From contig JANJGN010000210.1 of assembly GCA_026770705.1 (NCBI GenBank), positions 682,001 to 746,000 of the forward strand: a DNA stretch of 64,000 nucleotides, written 5' to 3'. The translations under genes and the position numbers were made by a program. The notes beneath the pieces were generated by a model. It saw only the letters and a list, made by a program, of their open reading frames with translations, did not search any database and was not told the DNA's origin. The stretch is from Isurus oxyrinchus (lineage: Eukaryota). This document shows, piece by piece, positions 1 to 11,479 of the stretch; position 1 is the stretch's first letter; the number at the start of each line of letters is the position of its first letter.

Positions 1-848
1 GGCCGACCCCTTATGCTGAAACTTTGGCTCCCAGTTATAGACTTTCCAACCTGAGGAAACTCCCACCTAGAACCTTCCCTCTCAAGCTCCTTAAGGATAT
101 CATGTGTTCTCATGAGATCGCCCTCATTGCTGTAATTTCCAGGAAACACAGGCCCAGTCTACTCAATCCCTTCCCATAGGACATTCCCTTTACTTCAGGA
201 ATCAGTCTGATGAACATTTGTTCCAAAGGATGTACAACCTTCCCTAAGTAAGATACCAGACTTTACACAGCATTCCAAACTGAAGTCCTTCTCTCCATAA
301 ACATCGCCCACCACCCTTTGCTCGGATTATACTTTGAACAGCCCAGAGATCATCAAATCCTTCTCTCCCATTCGATGAATTATTTCTTGCTGGTTCTAAA
401 TGAACATTCTCTCAGTTTATATTTTTTTCCTTATGTCCCTGTTCTCCTTTATAAGATTAATGCATCATCCTCACTCTCTCACTGCACTTTGCGCTTTTAA
501 TTCACAGTAATCAGGGATACAGATAAATTACAGCAATCCCATCTCTCAAACATCGACATTCAATATAGAGAAGTGTCTGCAGTTCCAAACTTTCACATTT
601 CGATCTGAGGATGGAAAAGGAGGAAATGATTGGGTATATGAAGACAATTGAAAGAAATGGCGGGTAAATGACCCGACTGTCCGATCATACCCTGTTCCTA
701 AATTGAAGCCTGCAACGGAAAAGGTCCCTTAGAAATCGTTTTTTTTTTTTAGCTTCGATGTGATTGAAACGATGTTGATCACAATAATAAGCTGACTGTG
801 AGCAATATCCAGCACAGTCTGCAACATGCGGGCTTCAGAGTCACTTAT

Positions 849-893
849 CGCCTGTGACAGTCACCACCATCCTGGATCCATCTACATAATTAG
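849..893 (-). pseudogene. NAR-TCR J segment pseudogene (cassette 1)
   Basis: Minus strand reads NYVDGSRMVVTVTG, paralogous to YADGSGTEVTVTA at 60039-60080. The splice donor is mutated (GT>AT). The RSS has nonamer GGTTCTTGT (918-926) but a degenerate heptamer (894-900) and only a 17-nt spacer. Confidence 0.8.
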
Positions 894-1233
894 CACACCA
901 CTCTCGATCTCCCAGGTACAAGAACCATCGACAACTCAACCTGCCAGGAAATCATCATCGGGCAGTAGACACCTCACAATTATACAGCAGGTTTAAATGA
1001 ATAATCAATATTCAATGTTTCAAAGTCTCTATCTGTTCAAACTGTTCTTTCTGAGACCCTGAGCTCTGAGTAAATGGTCCCAGGAATGAGATATTCGCTT
1101 CATATAAACCGGGAAAAATATCAAAGAAAGATTACTGAATGGTGAAAATTAAAATGAAATGTAACCAGATTGCAACGATATTAACATCAACCCGACAATT
1201 CACTATCCGGGCCCGGAGAATTAATATTTACAA

Positions 1234-1292
1234 AGTATTTGCCCTACTCTCTCCCACTGTGACTGCCCGTGTAACAAGTTAGTATAAAATAC
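1234..1292 (-). pseudogene. Degenerate NAR-TCR D segment with 12/12 RSS (cassette 1)
   Basis: Plus strand AGTATTTGC-12nt-CACTGTG (1234-1261) is a good 12-RSS. The opposite RSS is degenerate (GCCCGTG-12nt-ATAAAATAC), leaving about 3 nt of D core. It lies between the V and J of the cassette. Confidence 0.55.
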
Positions 1293-1459
1293 CCACGGGT
1301 ACTAGGTGAGATGTGGGGACATTAAACAGCGGGGACTGCAGTTCCCGGTTCCAGCTGTTAGAACAGGATCACATCTGGTGTTAGGGGTTTGTAACTGGGA
1401 TCAGTTATTCCTAATCCCCATTCAGAAATGAGAAAATAAATTACTGAGTTAGAGACGTA

Positions 1460-3935
1460 TGCAATAAGGGTACAACTGTAATCATGGGTGACTTTAATCT
1501 ACATATTGATTGGGCAACCAAACTAGCAATAATACTGTGGAGGACGATTCCTGGAGTCTGTACGTGATGGTTGTTTAGGCCAATACGTTGAGGAGCCAAC
1601 TGGAGAGCAGGTTATCCGAGACTGGGTATTGTGCAATGAGAAAGGATTAATTAACAACCTTGTTGTGCAGGGTCCCTGGGGGAAGAGCTACAATAACATG
1701 ATAGAATTGTTCATTAAGGTGGAGAGTGAAGGACTTGAATCCGAAACTAGTGTCCTGGATCTAAATAAAGGGAACTGCAAGGTTATGAGGGGAGAGTTGG
1801 CAATGATGGATTAGGGAACCTTACGAAAAGAGCTGACAATGGATCGGCAATGGTTAATATTTAAGGAACGTATACAACAATTATTCATTCCCGTCTGGCG
1901 CAAACATAGTATGGGAAAGATGGTTCAACCATGGATTACAAAAGAAATTTGGGATAGTATTAGATCCAACGAGTAGACATAAAAAATTTCCAGAAAAAGC
2001 TTCAATCCTGAGAGTTGGAAGCAGTTTAGAATTCAGCAAAACGGGAAAAAAAGACTGATCAAGAAGGGGAAAATGGAGTATGAGAGTAAACTTGCAGGGA
2101 ACATAAAAACTGATTGTAAAAGCTTCCATAAATATGCGAAGAGAAAATGATTAGTAAACTAACACTCACAAGCGGGGGAAACTATAGTTGGGAACAAAGA
2201 AATGGCATAAAAATTAAAGAGATATTTTGGTTCTGCCTTCACAAAAGGCAACACAAGTAATTTCCCAGAAATGTTAGGGAACCAGTGAGAGCGAGGAATT
2301 GAAGGAAATTAGCATTAGTGAAAAAAATTGTGCTGGACAAATTAATGGGGTTAAAATCTGAAAAATCCCCAGGTCCTGATAATCCACATCCCAGATTTCT
2401 AAAGGAGGTGACGCTGGAAATATTGGATGCATAGGTGGTCACCTTCCAAAATTCTATAGACTCTGGAACAGTTCCTACATATTGGGGAGTGGCAAATGTA
2501 ACCCCATTATTTTAAAAAAGGAGGGAGAGCAAAAACAGATAATACAGAGCAGTTAGCCTAACATCAGTTGTGGGGAAAATGCTAGAGTCTGTTATAAAAG
2601 ACATGCTAACTGAACACTTGGAAAGCATCAATGGGATTAGACAAAGTCAGCATTGGTTTACGAAAGGGAAATCATGCTTAACTAATCTACTCGAGTTTTT
2701 TCAGGATATAACTAGTAGAATAGATAAGGGAGAACCACTAAATGTGGTGTATTTGGATTTCAAGAAGGCTTTAATAAGGTCCCACGTAAGAGTCTAGTGG
2801 ACAAAAGTAAAGCACATGGGATTGGAGGTAATATACTGGCTTGTATTGAGAATTGGTTGACAGACCAGAAACAGGCAGTGGGAATAATGGGTCTTTTTTC
2901 CAGGTGGCAGGCCGTGACTAGTGGTGTACCGCAGAGATCAGTGCTTGAGCCCCAGTTATTCACAACATATATAGATAATTTGGATGAGGAAACCAAATGC
3001 AATATTTCCAAGTTTGCTGACGACACAAAACTGGACGGGGCTGTGAGATGTGAGGAGCATGCAAGAGGGATTCAGGGCAATTGAGACAAGTTGTCTGTGT
3101 GTGTCGGCAGTCACATGGCAAGTGCAGTATAACGTGGATAAATATAAAGTTACGCTTTGGTGTGAAAAACAGAAAGTCAGAGCATTATATAAATGGTGAT
3201 AAATTGGGAAATATGGGTGTACGAAGGAGTTTGGGTGTCGTTGTACACCAGCCAATGAAACTAAACAGGCAGGTGCAGCAATTAGGAAGGCAAATGGTAT
3301 GTTGGCCTTCATTTAAAGTGGATTTGATTTCAGAAGTATGGATGTTTTACTGTAGTTGCAAAGGGCCTTGGTGAAAACACACCAGGAGCATTGCGTGCGG
3401 ATTTGGTCTCTCTACGCAAGAAAAGATATATTTGCCGTAGAGGGAGAGCAGCGAATGTTCACGAGGCTGATACTGGGCATAGCAGGACTGTCGTATGAGG
3501 AGAGATTGGTTCAACTGGGCCTGCATTCACTAGAGTTTAGAAGAATGAGAGGGGATCTGATTGAAACACATATAATTCTAACAGCGCTAGACAGACTAGA
3601 TGCAGGAAGGATGTTTCCCCTGGTTGGGGAGTCCAGAACCAGGGGCCACCGTTTCAGAATACGTGGAAGGCCATTTAGGACCGAAATGAGGAAAATTCCT
3701 TCACTCAGAGGGTGGTCAACCTGTAGAATTCTCGACCAAAGAAGGCTATGGAGTCACTGAGTATATTCAAGAAAAAATCGACACATTTTTGGATATTAGT
3801 GGCATCAAGTGGTATGGACAGAAAGCGGGAATATGGTGTTTAGATCGAGGATCAACCATGATAATATTGAATGGCGGAACAAGATCGAAGGACCGAACGG
3901 CCTACTCCAGCTCCTATTTCTATGTTTCTATGTTC
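1460..3935 (+). mobile_element. CR1 LINE remnant, 5'-truncated (endonuclease tail + RT), inserted between NAR-TCR V and D
   Basis: ORF fragments KGKSCLTNLLEFF, VYLDFKKA, SGVPQRSVL, ISKFADDTKL, LEFRRMRGDLIE; 3' end with TTCTATGT microsatellite at about 3915-3935. Confidence 0.93.
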
Positions 3936-4153
3936 CTCTGTTTCACCAACACCAACCCCGGGGAAGCCTTCACCATCTACCTGGTAGTTTTAAAACTGAA
4001 GATGTTAACGGCAATAATCCAATCGCACTATAAACTAGACTGGGGGGTGGGGGGGGGGGGGGGGGGGCGCAGACGGTGTGAGGCGGAACTGTGGGCGTTT
4101 AACGGCAGATTAACTCCTCTTTTTTACCTGTTTTTATGATAATCTGCAGTGAG

Positions 4154-4657
4154 AATTTTTCTATCCCGGGAAGCCGAGGCCAGTCGCTGTGTAACGTAGT
4201 ACTGAGCTTTACAGTAATAGGTGGTAGTGCCTTCAACTCTCACATGCCAAATTTCCAACGAAAATGTCTTTTCTGTTTTATTCATTATTCATTCAATGTC
4301 CCCCTGCTGGAGATCCTCTCCCGCTCTGCCCCGGTCTGGGTTTGTCTGATGAAAAGCCCCGTTTGGAAAATATCCCAATAACCAGCATGGAAAACACAGG
4401 TGATGGTGAGAGACTGACACTACTTCCTGGTCACCGCTGCTGGGGTTTGTGCCACTGGCTGACTGAAATCTCCTGGAAATTAAACAGAGATAGTTTCATG
4501 GACCATCAGAGCCGAATCACAGAACCGAGTTAAACCCCCTGTCTGTAATTGGGATGGACCCGAGCAGCTTTATATGAAATCCACATAATGTCGGTTTGTG
4601 TGATCGGTACTCACGGGGTAAACAGACACACGGAGTGAAAACAAAGTGGATTCCCAT
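4154..4657 (-). pseudogene. NAR-TCR V segment pseudogene, unrearranged (leader exon 4657-4615, V exon 4472-4192, 22-23 spacer RSS 4191-4154)
   Basis: Leader MGIHFVFTPCVCLP followed by GTGAGT. V exon DFSQPVAQTPAAVTRK*CQSLTITCVFHAGYWDIFQTGLFIRQTQTGAERERISSRG(frameshift)MNKTEKTFSLEIWHVRVEGTTTYYCKAQYY is VNAR-type (short FR2-CDR2) with an extra FR1 Cys. Heptamer CACAGCG, nonamer AGAAAAATT. One stop and one frameshift. TATA-like TATAAA at about 4682-4687. Confidence 0.9.
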
Positions 4658-6019
4658 CGTTCTGCTGCCTGGAGCTGGGGGTTTATATGACTGGGAGTTC
4701 TAGACTGCAGCCCTGGACTGCACTGGGAGGCCGGACCTCAGAGCTGGACTGAAAGATTTTAGGCACGAAAATTAGGCCACGCCTGCCGTTTAAATAAATC
4801 AAGGGTTCAAAGGGGCGGAGCTGTTGCACTCAGTCTGTTGCTGCTTCGGAACTCACGACACTCGAATCCGGCCTCGTAACCCCACTGGGTGTCGCGTGAC
4901 ACGCAGTTTGGGATGCCCTGCTTAATGTGGGCTAATGCTGATTTGCAGAGGGCAGTGTCCGCGAGATCAGTGGTGGGCCGCACGGATACACGGTCTCTGG
5001 TTGTGTGTTGTGTGAATAACTCTCAGGCTGAATGAGGGAAGCTTACAGCTATCTCTTGCTTCATTGGAGCTGGATGTTAAATCCCCTTCCACATTTCTCT
5101 GTTGAACAGGGCGGTGTGAGATGGGCGTGGTTCTGTCAGTAGGTGCTGCTGCCCTCCTTCCCCCTGTAGTAAGGAGCTGGGTGGTGGTTCCATGTGTATT
5201 TACTGTGTGGTCTTATTTCCACTCATTGCAATACTGCAGGGAATTCATTAACACCCTGAAGGGGTTGACGGGATCTGGGTTAAATGCCTGACCTCAGTCC
5301 AGCAGCTGATGATCAGCTTGCAATATGATACAGCCCATTGACAACATCCAGGAAGATATATACAACATACGCGAAAAACAACACCCCTCTCTCATTTAAA
5401 CAAACGCTTCCCTTCTCTGTTTTGCATTTAAAATGATGATTCAATTCAGTGAGGATTGATTTCCAGTTCTGTAATATTCAGACTTATCATTAACAGTGAC
5501 AGAGTCTGCGAGTAAAGAATCCAGGACATGACAGAGTTCATGGGAAAGGGACTGTGCAATATTACAGGCAGACCTAGACATGTCAATAACGGAAAAAACG
5601 GGGAATTCCCGATAGCGTCTGGCCGCACAAAAAAGGCTGACTGTACGGCACACAAGCAAGGCAGACGGGAAGTCACACAGAACTAGTCGATATTCGATAT
5701 TCTTATTGACATTCCAGCAAACAGGGCGTCCGCAATGTCCAAATATTCACCCAAATACGTGACTCTCATCATAGTGCCCGTTGTTTACCATTTTGTGCTA
5801 ATATCCACCAGGTTCGTTATAAATTGGTTACTGTTTTATCTCTGGGCAAAACAACTGCTTATCTCACATTTTAAATACCCGTTTTTCTGCCGACCGATTT
5901 ACAGATCAGCATGGAACTTACCAGAGAAGTCACAGCTTTAGGCGCCATTTGCGCAGAAACTAAATCGTGAGATTAAACTTGCAATGAAGTTTGAGCCTCT
6001 GTTCGTGTTTCAACAGGTC

Positions 6020-6845
6020 CGGATTATAATTGTACTAATCCTGCCCTTGATTGTGGCACGAGGCTCTGCCTCTGTTAGTGTTTTGCCAGGTCTTGATTAT
6101 TATTTTCTGCCATTTGTCCTTGATAGATAGACATCGGTGTGACTCTGATAATATTTGGCTAGACCCTGTTTATTATTTCATTAGTCCCTGTCTCCTCGAT
6201 TACCACATTACTTTCTGCCTGTGCTTATGTTTCTACAGACCCTCACCATTATTTAATTAGTCTCTGGCTCCTTGATTATTACAGTAGGCTCTGTCTCATT
6301 TACTGTTTCACCAGGCCCTGATTATGATTGTTCTAGTCCACGACTTCTTGATTAATAAAATGGCCATCTATCCAAGTAATCATTGCACAAGATTCTACCT
6401 CTGGCTGTATAACAATTGACCCTGTCTCAATTGTTATTGCACTCGATCTTGTCTCTGTTTATATGACAGGAGTCCCTTTCTATGTCTATGTCGATATCTA
6501 TGCGGTTGTTTCCATTACGCTAGACCTTTTTTAAGTTAGTACTACTCCTCTAGACAATGTCATTGTTGATCTTTCTTACAGTTTATATTACAACATATCA
6601 TATCCCTGTTTATACTACACTCAATCCTGCGTCTGCCAACATTAAGCTAGACCATGTCCTTATTTAGATTGCAGCGGTTATTAAGTTATTACTGCATTGG
6701 GTGACGCATATATATCACATTGACCCTGTCTCATTTACTGCTGCATTCTTCTAAGCCATGTCCAGTAATGACTTGCCGAGATCACACAATTCATACTATT
6801 ATATTAGACCCCCTCTCGGTTGTCATTGCAGGAGGTCTTGTCTAT
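6020..6845 (+). repeat. Degenerate ~27-bp tandem repeat (ATTACACTAGACCCTGTCTCTGTTTAT-like)
   Basis: Recurring CTAGACCCTGTCTC / ATTGCACTAGG motifs at about 27-nt spacing. It resumes at 7540-7760 after the Penelope insert. Confidence 0.6.
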
Positions 6846-6874
6846 ATTCCTTTAAGACATCAAGTGTAATATTC

Positions 6875-7510
6875 CAAAACAAAAATAGCTGGAAAAACTC
6901 AGCAGGTCTGACAGCTTCTGCGGAGAGGAACACAGTTAACGTTTCGAGTCCGTATGACCCTTCATCAGAACTAAAGAAATATAGAAATGTGGTGAAATAT
7001 AAGCTGGTTGAAGGGGGTGGGTCAGGTACAGCTGGGTAGAGGCCAGTGATAGGAGGAGGAAAAGAAGAGATTGCCAAAGATGTCATAGACAAAAGGACAA
7101 AGGGGTGATGACGGTGGTGATATTATCTAAGGGATGTGCTAATGGGGACAATAAGGGTAGAAAGCAGGACAAGTTAGTGGCAGATGGCCCTAGTGGGGTG
7201 GGGTGGGGGGAAGGGATCGAAATGAGCTATAAGATGGAGATAAAACTATAGATCGAAATAAATTTAAAAATAGGTGGGAAAAGAAAAATATATTTAAAAA
7301 ATTATAAATTAATGGAAAAAGGCGTTCGGAAAGTGAGTGGGGATGGAGGACAGAGTTCATGATCTGAAATTTTTCAGCTCAATATTAAGTCCGGAATGCT
7401 GTAGATTGCCTAGTCGGAAGATGAAGTGCTGCTCCTCCAGTTTGCGTTGAGCTTCACTGGAACATTGCAGCAGGCCAAGGACGGACATGTGGTCTTGAGA
7501 GCAGGGTGGA
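6875..7510 (-). mobile_element. Penelope-like element 3' end (GIY-YIG C-terminus plus tail)
   Basis: ORF 7357-7542 encodes LGLLQCSSEAQRKLEEQHFIFRLGNLQHSGLNIELKNFR, typical of Penelope/Poseidon C-termini. Tail copies also occur at 33240-33400, 52370-52520, 52878-52975 and 60955-61050. Confidence 0.75.
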
Positions 7511-8406
7511 GTGTAGAAAGTATAACGTTTCATTCGGGGCATGCCTGAGTTTACATTGCACTAGGCTCTTTCTTAATTGTTACCGAAACGAAATCATGTC
7601 TCTTTTTTATATTGCATTACACCTGCCACTGTTCACCTTCCAATCGGCTCTATCTCAGTTATTATCGCACTGGAACATGCATCTTTCTACTTTACATTAA
7701 CCGTATCTGCATTGCCTGTGCACTTGATTCTATATTTCGAATCTATTTTTCAGCTATTAATTCACCTGACAATGCTTCTGTTTATATTGCAGCAAACCAT
7801 TTGTCAACTGCATATCTATCAGAACTCTGTAGTTGGAGCCTCTTCTTATATTTGTGGTTTATCAAGAGAAACGAACAGTTCTGCAGTTTTCATATGGCCC
7901 AGAAGTTCTGTGTGATGGTCTCCATTTCAGAGGTCATCCCTTGTTAGCTAACTGTGGTTTCAAATAGCTCAGCTGTAAACCTATTAAAATAATTGGGTAA
8001 CATTAAAGCATTAAACACTAAACCATTTATTAATAAACAAAAACATGGACTAATCTGACAACTAAAAACACGAAATAATTGGCCACGTGGTAGAGATGGC
8101 AAGAGGAGGTTTTCTGTTGGAGATAGGACTTCAGCTCAGTATCTACCATCAGGGGCTCTGCTTTGTGGTGGCATAAAGGCATCGTTTTTGGAGAGGGGGA
8201 AACCACAGAATCTGTAGCCAGCAGCTCGCCTTTACGTGTAATGGGATCATCCACCTTCCCAATGCTACAAATGCAAGAAACAGGGAGTTAATCTGTTTGT
8301 TCACAGAACCGGGAGACTCTCACTTAGAATAAAGGAGGAATGCTTTCAAAGTGATGCAGTGCTAAATTCTAAAGCTCCCTGAATTTTTTTTAGTCTGCGA
8401 AAGAGG

Positions 8407-8596
8407 ACGCATGGACCAGCAAATGGCCTCTTCTTTGCCACTTGCTATCCCATTCTCGCTATTATTGGTGCCCCAGGTAAGTAATTGATCACAATTAAGT
8501 TATTTATTTTCTTGTAAGTGTCCATAAATTTTACACCTTCCCTTTCAGGATCGGGCTGACTTTTTGACTGAGTGTAAGAGAATCGAACCAGGTGGC

Positions 8597-8636
<40 letters not shown>

Positions 8637-10912
8637 TGCATTATATGATATTATACAGTGTTATGGTAAATTAATGTCAATTACTTGCAGTTCCATGCTC
8701 AATCATTACAAGCTTTTATTCAAAATAGTTTGCCGCACATTTATACAGATAGTTTATTTGATCACTGAAATATGTATTGAAAGTTATGACATTGCCTGAA
8801 CAATAATTTGTTATATTATTGAACATTAGATTATATTCTAATATAGTGAAATGCAACCTAGTGTTTTACTGTTGTGTGGAATTAAAACGTATCATGGTGT
8901 GGTCAAATTCATTTTCGTGTCCTGCTCTTATTAGAGTGTCAGAAAATAAATAAAACAATGCAATCATGATGTTATATCAATCGTAATGTAAAAATACATT
9001 TAGTTTTTACATGAGTGTGCAGCGTGACTTCTGGAAGGGTGTCACAATTACGACATAGCGAGTTCCTGCTGGCAGTCCCCATTGTTAATGTGTTACGGAA
9101 TTGATTATGGGAAAGTTTAAGAGAAATACGTCGTGATTGAAGATTTTTATTCTATTATATGTTTGGCTTGTGCTGGTAGGTTTCCTACAATTTGGATAAT
9201 TACATTTCTTAAACATTAGCTTGATGTGGCTGCCCCTGTCAAGGCCAAAATGCATTGTCCATCTCTAGTTTGCACTTGGGAAGGTGGAGTTGCGCTTGGT
9301 TCTTCAGCCATTGCAGTACTTATGGTCGGGATGCTTCACAAGAACTTGAACAAATTTGAACGACGTATTTGACCCAAAGTTTGATCAAAGAGTTAGGTTA
9401 TGAGGAACATCCTAGAGAAGGAAGGAGAGACAGAAAAGTTGAGAGCAGGAATTTCAGAGATGAGGGCCTCAGCGACTAAAAGCATTACCGAGGCTAAAGA
9501 ATGATAATTTCAGGGATACACACAAGATTAGAGGTACGCCGAGGCCTCAGATAGTTGCAGAATGTTACAGCGCAGGACGTGGCTATATTATGGGGGGGGG
9601 GGGAGTTTAAAACTCGAAGGCCGAGGTTATTGAAACCCAGACGATGCCGAATGGGGCCCAATGTAGATCAGCGAGCATAGGGTTAATGGACGGACGGGAT
9701 TTGGTATGAATGTGGGTATCGGCAGCTGTCTCAAATGAACTTAAATTGGATAACTAGCCCTGGGCTGACTAAGTGACGAGAGAGCTGAGATTGTGATGGG
9801 AACGGATTGCAATGCCTTCTGGATTGACACACATCTAATCCAGAATTGGATGTTTTACAATTACCAATGGCTTTTGAAGATTTGTGGTCTAGAGATGGCA
9901 AAGGAACGGATTAGGAGGGGATCAGTAACTGATTGGATAAGGCAGTAAATGGTGTTTGCAGTTCACTCGGTAACATCTCACTCTTTTTATCCCTCACGTT
10001 CATCTATCACCTAACATAGTGGTGATCATAATCCTATCCCGAAGACAGTGTGGACTCTCCCGGTGCATCACCTACTACCTGGTGGCAATAGCAGTAAGCG
10101 ATCTCCTGGTCATTATCACTGCCACCATCCTCAACCGGATCGGCCGGATCTACTTTCGTGACAGTGTCCTGTCGACCACCCCAGCAAGCGCAGTCAGGAT
10201 CATGCTGGTCTTTGCCATGCAAGATGGCTCAGTCTGGCTGACGGTTGCCTTCACCATCGCCCGTTTCGTGGCCATCTGCTGTCAGGGCCTAAAGACCAGA
10301 TACTGCACTGAGAAAACTGTGGTGCTGGTTATAGGAGTGGTCAGTACCCTGAGGTGCGTCAAGAACGTCCCTTTGTACTTCGTCTGCCAGCCCTTGTACA
10401 TCCTGGACGGGGTGCCCTGGTTCTGTGACCGCAAATCCACCTATTTCACTTTCCCCGCCTGGCAGACCTATGACTGGCTGGACCGCATCTTAACCCCATT
10501 TCTCCCTTTCTTCCTCAGCCTGCTGCTCAATGTCCTGACCGTAAGACACATCTTAGCGGCCAGCAGAGCCCGCAAGAGGCTCCGGGGCGCCGAGAGTCAC
10601 AGAGACCCCGAGATGGTCAGTCATAAGTGATCCATTATCCTGCTCTTTGCGATTGCACTCAGCTTCCTCCTCCCGTGGGCCACCTATGTTGGACATTTCC
10701 TCTACATGTGGATTACAAGTAAGGGCTGCTTCAACAGCATGAACTTCAATGACCCTCAGTATATCCTCCAGGAGACAGCCAACATGCTGCAGTTAGTCAG
10801 TTCCTGCAACAACGTCTTCATCTATGCGGTGGCCCAGAAGAAGTTCCGAGAGGAGCTGAGGAAGGTTTTGATGTGGCCGGTCACCACGTTCACTGGCTGG
10901 TTTAAACGGTAA
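8407..10912 (+). pseudogene. GPR139/GPR142-like class A GPCR pseudogene (exon 1 8407-8476, exon 2 ~10011-10912)
   Basis: Exon 1 (ACG)HGPANGLFFATCYPILAIIGAP then GTAAG. Exon 2 ANIVVIIILSRRQCGLSRCITYYLVAIAVSDLL...SVWLTVAFTIARFVAIC...SSCNNVFIYAVAQKKFREEL. The start ATG is ACG, the acceptor is damaged, and there is an in-frame TGA at 10628-10630. Confidence 0.88.
8600..8633. repeat. (TA)n microsatellite
   Basis: Direct TA run. Confidence 0.95.
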
Positions 10913-10949
10913 ACAAACGTTAAAACTTCCTCGCTTTATTTCACTTCCA

Positions 10950-11370
10950 TCAGAGTAGTTCAATGTGTAGCACGCTCTCTCTCTCCAGAATCAGAAAGTG
11001 CTGGGTTCTCGCTCCCGGATCTGTCAGATTTCAGGCCCATACTGCAGTGCCGATAGTCCCACTGTGTCCCTGAAGGAATACTGAGCTAAGACAATTGTTG
11101 CGTTTCTGGATGAGATGTTAAACCACTGTGAGTATCTGCTCTCTTAGATCGATGTAATGACCCACAGTCGGAATTTCAGAAATGAGCAGGAGGAGCTTTC
11201 CCCAGCTTCTTACAATAACTGCCCCTCATTTAAACCAGTTGAAACCAACTATCTGAGTACTTTTCAATTACATTTGTGAAATATTGCTCTGCACATTTGC
11301 TGAAGTATTTCCTTCATTACAATGGGAAAACACTTAATTGGCAGTAAAGCACTTTGGGAAAATCCTGTAG
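10950..11370 (+). mobile_element. tRNA-derived SINE remnant (DeuSINE/SacSINE-like)
   Basis: AGTAGTTCAATG...GAATCAGAAAG..GGGTTC head and GATGAGATGTTAAACC core. A related reversed copy lies at about 48940-49200, 3' of the second GPCR. Confidence 0.5.
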
Positions 11371-11479
11371 TCGTTCAAGGCTCTCTCTTCTTTCTTTTTT
11401 TCTTTCTTTATCTCATTCTTTCGTTCCCCTGCTTCACTGCGACTCTCTCCCCATCAACATTAATCTTTCCGCTTAAACA

